In this document: positions 57,610-64,000 of the stretch, piece after piece
How the letters are laid out: every line of letters starts with the position of its first letter
Position numbering within the stretch: the stretch's first letter is position 1
From: Candidatus Levybacteria bacterium RIFCSPHIGHO2_02_FULL_40_18
GTDB lineage: Bacteria > Patescibacteriota > Microgenomatia > Levybacterales > GWA1-39-11
NCBI GenBank assembly: GCA_001782235.1
Contig: MFOC01000007.1
Coordinates: 251,909-315,908 of the forward strand
Direction of reading: 5' to 3'
Length of the DNA stretch: 64,000 nt
Made by a program: the position numbers and the translations under genes
The notes under the pieces: model-generated
The model's database searches: none
Seen by the model: only the letters and a program-made list of their open reading frames with translations
What the model was told of the DNA's origin: nothing

Positions 57610-58892
57610 ACACGATTGTTAAAATTTTTCGAAACAGCATAAGAGATCGCGAAACAAGACGAAAAATTCTGATTGTACTTTTTATTTTTCTAATTTTTAG
57701 ATTTTTTGCTCACGTACCGGTTGCCGGTGTAAACATTGCACAGCTCAAAGCTCTTTTTGCTCAGAATCAATTGTTAGGCTTGCTTGATATTTTTTCGGGC
57801 GGGACCTTATCAAATTTCTCAATCTTAGCACTTGGTCTTGGACCTTATATTTACGCCTCAATAGTTCTTCAGCTTCTGACAATTGTCTATCCTAAACTTG
57901 AGGAGCTTCAGAAAGAAGGAGAATATGGCAGGCAAAAAATAAACCAGTATACAAGATATTTAACAATTCCCCTCGCCGTTATTCAATCATTTGGCATGTA
58001 CGCGTTGCTTAGAAATCAGCAAATAATCACAAATCTTTCCCCTCTTGATATTTTATCTTTTATTTTGACAATGACCGCGGGTACGATATTTGCGATGTGG
58101 CTAGGGGAATTAATATCCGAGCAAGGGATTGGAAACGGTATCTCGCTTTTGATTCTTGCCGGCATTGTTGGGAGGATACCGGTCTTAACTGCCCAAATGA
58201 TCTCAACTCTTAATCAGCAAGACATATTAAATCTTGGAATATTTGCGATCCTTGGCGTATCGGTAGTTGCCGCGGTTGTTTTTGTTAATGAATCAGTAAG
58301 GCGTATACCTATTTATTACGCTAAACGTGTTCGTGGGTCAAGGATGTATGGAGGGCAGTCAACTCACTTGCCCTTGAGAATTAATCAGGCAGGTGTTATA
58401 CCAATAATCTTTGCGGTTTCAATAGTTCTTCTCCCATCCCTTGCCGCAAATTACTTAGTTGGAAGCGCAAGTAAAAACATTGCTTCGATTGGAACATTTC
58501 TCGCCACCTCATTCAATCCTAACGGAATACCCTATAATGCCGTTTATTTTGCCCTTGTTGTGGGTTTTACATACTTCTATACGGCAGTAATCTTCAATCC
58601 GCAAAAAATTTCTGAGGAAATTCAGAAGAACGGAGGCTTTGTTCCGGGTATAAGACCCGGTAAGCCCACGTCATCTTTCCTTAATTACGTAACAACAAGA
58701 ATTACTCTTCCCGGCGCAATTTTCTTGGGCATTATTGCGATTCTTCCAAGCATAGTTCTTGCAATGACCGGCATAACTGCGGTTCTTGTTGGTGGAACAA
58801 GTATTCTAATAGTTGTGTCTGTGGTTATTGAGACGGTTAAAATTCTTGAGGCGCAGCAGGTCCAGAGAAGTTATGAAAGGTTTACTCAATAG
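57606..58892 (+). CDS. secY: Preprotein translocase SecY
   Basis: [38 protein letters not shown]. Confidence 0.98.
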   Translation: MNTIVKIFRNSIRDRETRRKILIVLFIFLIFRFFAHVPVAGVNIAQLKALFAQNQLLGLLDIFSGGTLSNFSILALGLGPYIYASIVLQLLTIVYPKLEELQKEGEYGRQKINQYTRYLTIPLAVIQSFGMYALLRNQQIITNLSPLDILSFILTMTAGTIFAMWLGELISEQGIGNGISLLILAGIVGRIPVLTAQMISTLNQQDILNLGIFAILGVSVVAAVVFVNESVRRIPIYYAKRVRGSRMYGGQSTHLPLRINQAGVIPIIFAVSIVLLPSLAANYLVGSASKNIASIGTFLATSFNPNGIPYNAVYFALVVGFTYFYTAVIFNPQKISEEIQKNGGFVPGIRPGKPTSSFLNYVTTRITLPGAIFLGIIAILPSIVLAMTGITAVLVGGTSILIVVSVVIETVKILEAQQVQRSYERFTQ

Positions 58893-58959
58893 TATAGAGT
58901 ATTGCGTATTGAGTATCGAGTATCGAACAAACTGAATACTGTATGTAGAATACTGATTT

Positions 58960-59496
58960 ATGAAGATAGTTCTTATAGGAATACAAGGTTCGGGAAAATC
59001 TACTCAAGGAAATTTGTTGTCCAAAAAAATTGGAGTTCCTTATCTTTCCACTGGACATATATTTCGAGAATTAGCAAAGGAACATACCCCATTGGGCCGC
59101 TACGTAAAGGAAACAGTGAATTCGGGATATCTTATTCCGGATGATAAGACTCTTGAGATAGTAGGCCAATATTTGGCGCGACCAGAATACCAAAAAGGAT
59201 ACATTCTAGACGGATTTCCAAGAACAAAAGTCCAGGCCGAATTTTTCAAGAACGGAATCGATTATGTTATCCATATAAATGTTTCCGATGAAGAAGCGTT
59301 GAAACGACTCGCTCTTCGTAATGACGAACGAGAAGACGAAACAGAACAGGCTCTAAAAAGGAGAATTGAGCTTTTCCATAAGTTTACAGAACCGGTACTC
59401 GAATTTTATCGCGAAAAAGGCATATTGCATGAAGTTGACGGTGAACGGCCCATAGAAGAAATCCACCTAAACATTTGTAAAATCCTCAAGATATAA
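58960..59496 (+). CDS. adk: Adenylate kinase (short LID)
   Basis: GIQGSGKSTQ, STG, LDGFPR; after secY. Confidence 0.92.
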   Translation: MKIVLIGIQGSGKSTQGNLLSKKIGVPYLSTGHIFRELAKEHTPLGRYVKETVNSGYLIPDDKTLEIVGQYLARPEYQKGYILDGFPRTKVQAEFFKNGIDYVIHINVSDEEALKRLALRNDEREDETEQALKRRIELFHKFTEPVLEFYREKGILHEVDGERPIEEIHLNICKILKI

Positions 59497-59533
59497 CGGG
59501 GTCCCCAAAAGCAGCGCCTTTTGGGGTGTAGAT

Positions 59534-60322
59534 ATGGACACAAAAAAAATTAAGACAATGCGACGTGCTGGTGGTATATTGGGAGAAGTGCTTGAAACTC
59601 TTATTCAATACGTAAAACCGGGCATTTCAGAACTAGAAATAGATACGCTAGCGGAAAAACTAATTCGCGATAACGGCGCCGAACCCGGATTTAAAAAAGT
59701 CCCTTCTTACAAGCACACAATTTGTATATCAACAAATGATGTTGTTGTTCACGGAATTCCTACGAAAAAAGTGCTAAAAGAAGGAGATGTTGTCGGTATT
59801 GATTGCGGGGTTTTTCTTAATGGGTATCATACGGATATGGCAGAAACGCTTCGCGTTTCAACTCAAAACTCAAAACTCAAAACTCAAAACTATGAAAAAA
59901 TTGATAAGTTTCTGGCTGTGGGGAAGAGGGCGTTGTTTGCAGGAATTAATCAGGCAAAACTTGGGAATCGCGTAGGTCATATTTCCAAAGCTATTCAAGA
60001 TGTTGTGGAAGGGAACGGATATTCAGTGGTCCGCACTTTAGTAGGCCACGGCGTGGGCAAGAGTCTTCATGAGAAGCCTGAGATACCGGGCTATTTATCC
60101 GGGGCAATTGATCAAACTCAAGCGCTTTCATCCGGCCAGACGCTTGCAATCGAGGCAATATACAATATGGGAGGCCACGAAGTAGTCTATGATAGAAACG
60201 ATGGCTGGACAATTTCAACTGCTGACAATAGCATCTCAGGCTTGTTCGAGAGGACAATTTTAATAACAGAAAATGGCCCAGAACTATTAACTCGTCTCAA
60301 GGGAGACATGCTTGCTTTGTGA
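59534..60322 (+). CDS. map: Methionine aminopeptidase
   Basis: VVHGIP, IDCG..D, GHGVG..LHE; (ACTCAAA)4 insert. Confidence 0.93.
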   Translation: MDTKKIKTMRRAGGILGEVLETLIQYVKPGISELEIDTLAEKLIRDNGAEPGFKKVPSYKHTICISTNDVVVHGIPTKKVLKEGDVVGIDCGVFLNGYHTDMAETLRVSTQNSKLKTQNYEKIDKFLAVGKRALFAGINQAKLGNRVGHISKAIQDVVEGNGYSVVRTLVGHGVGKSLHEKPEIPGYLSGAIDQTQALSSGQTLAIEAIYNMGGHEVVYDRNDGWTISTADNSISGLFERTILITENGPELLTRLKGDMLAL

Positions 60323-60354
60323 GGCCAATTTTGTTAAAATAACTGGAGCATTTT

Positions 60355-60606
60355 ATGGTGCATGCGGGTGCAATTGAGTTCTCGGGAGTTGTAAAAGAGG
60401 TATTGCCGAACACATTATTTAGGGTCGAGATCGAGGGAGCCACCGGCCCGGAGGGCCTCGGGTCCGGAGGGGAAAAAGTAGTTTTGTGTCATCTGTCGGG
60501 AAAAATGAGAATACATTTTATAAAAATCCTGCCGGGCGACAAAGTAAGAGTTGAAATGACCCCTTACGATCCGGACCGAGGAAGGATTACCTACCGAGAG
60601 AAATAA
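60355..60606 (+). CDS. infA: Translation initiation factor IF-1 with insert
   Basis: [27 protein letters not shown]. Confidence 0.96.
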   Translation: MVHAGAIEFSGVVKEVLPNTLFRVEIEGATGPEGLGSGGEKVVLCHLSGKMRIHFIKILPGDKVRVEMTPYDPDRGRITYREK

Positions 60607-60633
60607 TCCCAGCAAAAAGCCATATTGCGACAG

Positions 60634-60681
60634 AAATCGGGGCCCCCATTTTGCTTCGCCAAAATGGGGAAAAACATTATG
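60634..60681 (+). repeat. Family F hairpin element ending in the rpsM start codon
   Basis: aaatcggggcccccattttgcttcgccaaaatggggaaaaacattATG. Confidence 0.88.
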
Positions 60682-61101
60682 AGGGTTGTTGGAGTAAATA
60701 TACCGGAAGAAAAGAGAATTGATATAGCTTTAACCTATGTATATGGCATAGGAAGGTCAAACGTGAAAAAAATACTTGAGAAAGCAACTATTGAACCATC
60801 AAAAAGACTTAAAGATCTTTCCGAGGAAGAACTTTCAAGAATCCAAAAAGTTGTCGAGACTTATAAGATTGAAGGAGATCTTCGAGCAGAATTGGCATCT
60901 AACATAAAAAGACTCAAGGAGATAGGTACATATAGAGGGTTAAGACACTCAAGAAACCTTCCCGTTAGGGGTCAGCGGACCCGCTCAAATGCCAGAACAA
61001 AACGCGGAAAGCGCGTAACAATAGGTGCGATTAAGAAAGAAGCGGCAGCCCGTATGGGGCTAATCGTACCTGAAACATCAGGTAAGGAGGAAAAGAAATA
61101 A
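60679..61101 (+). CDS. rpsM: 30S ribosomal protein S13
   Basis: [30 protein letters not shown]. Confidence 0.97.
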   Translation: MRVVGVNIPEEKRIDIALTYVYGIGRSNVKKILEKATIEPSKRLKDLSEEELSRIQKVVETYKIEGDLRAELASNIKRLKEIGTYRGLRHSRNLPVRGQRTRSNARTKRGKRVTIGAIKKEAAARMGLIVPETSGKEEKK

Positions 61102-61121
61102 AAAAAGGGGTAAAGAAAATT

Positions 61122-61520
61122 ATGGCTAAAAAAGCGACAGCTGCGTTAAAAAAAGCAAAACAGAAAACAATTTCAATTGAGACAGGAAGGATTTATGTTT
61201 CAACAACTTTTAACAATACCATTGTTACCGTCACAAACGAGAAGGGCGATACTGTGGCTTGGTCTTCCTCTGGCAACATGGGATTTAAAGGAACGCGCAA
61301 AAGCACGCCATTTGCGGCAACCTCAGCAGTAGAAGAGGCAATTAAGAAAGTGAGAGATACGGGGATTCGTGCAGTTGAGGTTTTCATAAAAGGGCCGGGA
61401 GTTGGGCGAGACGCAGCGCTCCGCGCAATCAGAAACTCCGGGCTTTCAATTGCAATGATAGCGGATATAACACCAATTCCGCACAATGGTCCAAGAATGA
61501 AAAAGAAAAGGAGAGTCTAA
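61122..61520 (+). CDS. rpsK: 30S ribosomal protein S11
   Basis: [20 protein letters not shown]. Confidence 0.98.
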   Translation: MAKKATAALKKAKQKTISIETGRIYVSTTFNNTIVTVTNEKGDTVAWSSSGNMGFKGTRKSTPFAATSAVEEAIKKVRDTGIRAVEVFIKGPGVGRDAALRAIRNSGLSIAMIADITPIPHNGPRMKKKRRV

Positions 61521-62113
61521 TGAGATATACGGGTCCAAAACACAAATTGGCAAGACGAGAAGGAGTAAATATTTTAGAAAAAACTTCTCGGTCTCTTGAT
61601 AGAAGAATTAATATTCCGCCGGGTATTCATGGGAAAAGAAGGGCAAGAAAGCTCTCGGAATATGGAACGCAACTTCGCGAAAAACAGAAGCTTAAAAGGA
61701 TTTACGGATTATCAGAGAAGCAATTTAGAAGATATGTGATCTTAGCTCAAAAGAAAAAAGCAAACACAGAAGATGCCCTGGTAGAACACCTTGAAACGAG
61801 ACTTGACAATATTATCTATAGGCTTGGTTTTGGGAAAACTCGTGCCCAGGCAAGGCAAATGGTAGCGCACAGACATGTTTTCGTGAACGGAAAAAAAATC
61901 AATATTCCATCCTATGCAGCCCGTCCCGGAGATTTGATTACGCTTACAGGGAAATTTATTAAGGATGAAATAAAAGTGAGGATAGAGAACTTAACTCTCC
62001 CTTCCTATCTTGAAAGAGAGAACTTTAAGGGTAAGGTCTTGAGAGAACCAATTAGCGCCGATGTTGCAAACCCTATAAATTACCAGCTCGTTATTGAATT
62101 CTACTCAAGGTAG
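61520..62113 (+). CDS. rpsD: 30S ribosomal protein S4
   Basis: SEYGTQLREKQK, LETRLDN, VIEFYSR. Confidence 0.97.
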   Translation: MRYTGPKHKLARREGVNILEKTSRSLDRRINIPPGIHGKRRARKLSEYGTQLREKQKLKRIYGLSEKQFRRYVILAQKKKANTEDALVEHLETRLDNIIYRLGFGKTRAQARQMVAHRHVFVNGKKINIPSYAARPGDLITLTGKFIKDEIKVRIENLTLPSYLERENFKGKVLREPISADVANPINYQLVIEFYSR

Positions 62114-62131
62114 TGGTAAAATATTTTTTTT

Positions 62132-63055
62132 ATGAATTTATCTTTCAAAACAATTGAGGAGACAGCGGAAAAGGGATATTCAAAATTTGTGATCGAGCCT
62201 CTTGAGCCGGGTTTTGGTCAAACCCTGGGCGTGGCACTACGTCGCGTTCTTTTGACATCTATTGAAGGCGCGGCTGTTACATCTGTTAAAATTGACGGAG
62301 TCAGACATTTATTCACCTCTCTGCCCGGTCTAAAAGAGGACATAATTGAACTTGTTCTTAATATCAAAACTCTTCGCGTAAAACTTGCCGAGGGAAAAGA
62401 CGAGGGCAAGATGACCTTGTCTGCGCAAGGTCCCGGAGAAATTAAAGCTTCTCAAATTGAAACTAGCGATGGGGTTGAAATTGTTGACCCCAATCATTAC
62501 CTTGGAGCACTCGCGGACAAGAAATCAAAAATTAATATGGAAATGACCGTTGAGCGGGGAGCAGGATATTCACTTGCTGAGGATAGAAGAATTTCAACAA
62601 TAGGGACGATTCCCATAGATGCAATATTCTCCCCAGTTTTAAGAGTAAATTATAAAGTCGAACAGACTCGTGTTGGCCGCCAAACAAATTTTGATAAGCT
62701 AATTCTTGAAATCTGGACAGATGGAACAATTGGACCAAAAGATGTACTCAACCAGGCAAGCTCAATTCTAGTTTCCTACTTTCACCAAATTTATGAACCA
62801 AACGAGCAGGTATCTTCGGACAAAGCTACCGGCTTAACACCTCAAGTCCCGGAAGAACTTCTCACCATGACAATTGATGAGCTTGATCTTCCTACCAGAA
62901 TTTATAATTCGCTCAGAAATGCAGGAATTGAAACAATCGGCGACATGCTTAGCACACCTAAAAAGGATCTTATGGGATATCGCAATCTTGGCGCAAAATC
63001 TATTTCTATTATTGAGGAAAGTTTGCGAGCGCGAGGAATTTCGCTCAGTTTATAA
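62132..63055 (+). CDS. rpoA: RNA polymerase alpha subunit
   Basis: EPLEPGFGQTLG..LRRVLL, DAIFSPV, alpha-CTD RNLGAKS. Confidence 0.98.
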   Translation: MNLSFKTIEETAEKGYSKFVIEPLEPGFGQTLGVALRRVLLTSIEGAAVTSVKIDGVRHLFTSLPGLKEDIIELVLNIKTLRVKLAEGKDEGKMTLSAQGPGEIKASQIETSDGVEIVDPNHYLGALADKKSKINMEMTVERGAGYSLAEDRRISTIGTIPIDAIFSPVLRVNYKVEQTRVGRQTNFDKLILEIWTDGTIGPKDVLNQASSILVSYFHQIYEPNEQVSSDKATGLTPQVPEELLTMTIDELDLPTRIYNSLRNAGIETIGDMLSTPKKDLMGYRNLGAKSISIIEESLRARGISLSL

Positions 63056-63069
63056 AATCGCGCAACTTT

Positions 63070-63152
63070 ACCCCGTTAGAAGTTTGAGAAAAAGAATTTT
63101 TTCTTAAAATTCTTTTTCTGAAGCGGGATATTTTTTACACTTCTAACGGGGT
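63070..63152. repeat. MITE-like element with 14-bp terminal inverted repeats
   Basis: ACCCCGTTAGAAGT ... ACTTCTAACGGGGT; internal agaaaaagaattt/aaattctttttct. Confidence 0.8.
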
Positions 63153-63160
63153 TTAATATT

Positions 63161-63640
63161 ATGAGGAAAAGGATTTTTGGTAAGAAACTAAAGAGGAACA
63201 TTAATCAAAGAAAGGCTTTATTCAGAAGTCTTATGGGGTCTTTAGTGTTATACGGGAAGATTCGAACAACAGAGGCAAAAGCAAAGTCCATAAAAGGAGA
63301 GCTTGAAAAGCTGGTGACGGCAGCAAAAAACAAAGAAGAGAACGCCAGAAGCCTTTTACTTTCAAGACTTGCCAATGAGCGAGTTGTCGAAAAAATAATC
63401 TCAGAGATAGCTCCAAAGTTTGCTTCGCGTCCTGGGGGATATACAAGGATAGTAAAAATGGGCCCAAGAGTAAAAGACGGCGCAAGAATGGTTTTAATGA
63501 GTTGGGTTGAAGAAGTTGCGCCGACTTCATTCAAAGAGCCGAAACGAAAGGTATTAAAAGTATCAGGGGTATCAAAGGGGAATGTAAAAATAGCAGGAAA
63601 AAGTTCGGAGGAAACTAAAAGGAGCGGGGGTAAGAAATAA
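63161..63640 (+). CDS. rplQ: 50S ribosomal protein L17
   Basis: IRTTEAKAK, RPGGYTRI. Confidence 0.97.
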   Translation: MRKRIFGKKLKRNINQRKALFRSLMGSLVLYGKIRTTEAKAKSIKGELEKLVTAAKNKEENARSLLLSRLANERVVEKIISEIAPKFASRPGGYTRIVKMGPRVKDGARMVLMSWVEEVAPTSFKEPKRKVLKVSGVSKGNVKIAGKSSEETKRSGGKK

Positions 63641-63693
63641 TGTTAATGACTAGACCAACCCCTCGACAAAGCTCGGGGCAAGCAAAAGCTAAT

Positions 63694-64000
63694 ATGAAAA
63701 TGACATTACCAACAAGATTAAGCGAGATAAAAAGAGATTGGCATATCGTGGATATCAGAGGGAAAATTCTGGGAAGAATGGCAACAGAAATTGCTAGACT
63801 TCTTATGGGCAAAGGAAAACCTTATTTTGCAAAGAATTTAGATTGTGGAGATTTCGTTGTGGTAATTAATGCAAGCAAAGTTAGTGTTACAGGCAAAAAA
63901 GAAACAGATAAGGTTTATACCAGATATTCTGGATATCCAAGCGGTCTTAAACGAATAAGGCTCGAGGAGATGAGAGAAAAAAAACCAGAGGAGATAATCC
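63694..64000 (+). CDS. rplM: 50S ribosomal protein L13 (partial; alternative in-frame start at 63640)
   Basis: Manual translation MKMTLPTRLSEIKRDWHIVD..ILGRMATEIA..DCGDFVVVINA..YSGYPSG. Confidence 0.95.
   Translation, partial: MKMTLPTRLSEIKRDWHIVDIRGKILGRMATEIARLLMGKGKPYFAKNLDCGDFVVVINASKVSVTGKKETDKVYTRYSGYPSGLKRIRLEEMREKKPEEII

Noticed and set aside
58902-59144. 80-aa ORF overlapping adk
   Set aside because: It starts in a heptamer repeat and is out of frame with adk.
1-64000. tRNA, rRNA, introns, inteins or recoded stops
   Set aside because: None recognised by eye; core genes are continuous and TGA ends yvcK and dipZ normally. A tRNAscan/Infernal run would be needed to exclude small RNAs.

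Overview
Core-genome window of a CPR/Patescibacteria bacterium, probably Microgenomates (inferred from no rpmD between rpsE and rplO, and shortened IF2 and AlaRS; TGA is used as stop, so the standard code applies). It carries nusA-infB, rpsO-pnp, rnj, ftsK, nth, alaS, an AMP-phosphorylase-like gene, mltG, rpoBC, a split str operon (rpsL-rpsG / fusA / tuf) and the S10-spc-alpha cluster to rplM. The left end (1-2879) is a GC-richer island (SPFH-like lipoprotein, TelA, XpaC-like) with Shine-Dalgarno sites and a boxA-like leader. The unusual signal lies between and inside the genes. (1) Several families of 17-70 bp palindromic elements sit in frame inside housekeeping genes (infB, pnp, rnj, alaS, rpoB, rplC, rplD, rplX, rpmC, infA, rplM and others), sometimes nested, and also occur intergenically. 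(2) Small cassettes without an integrase are flanked by diverged duplicates of host gene termini: nth 5' and 3' ends around a REP-like-flanked RAYT transposase, three copies of the fusA 3' end around a structured element and a toxin-antitoxin pair, the rplM 5' end, and the pepP promoter/start. (3) Many genes have a -10 box 6-7 nt before the ATG, suggesting leaderless mRNA, while transcription/translation genes have terminator-like leader hairpins. All calls come from reading the sequence by eye; no searches were run.
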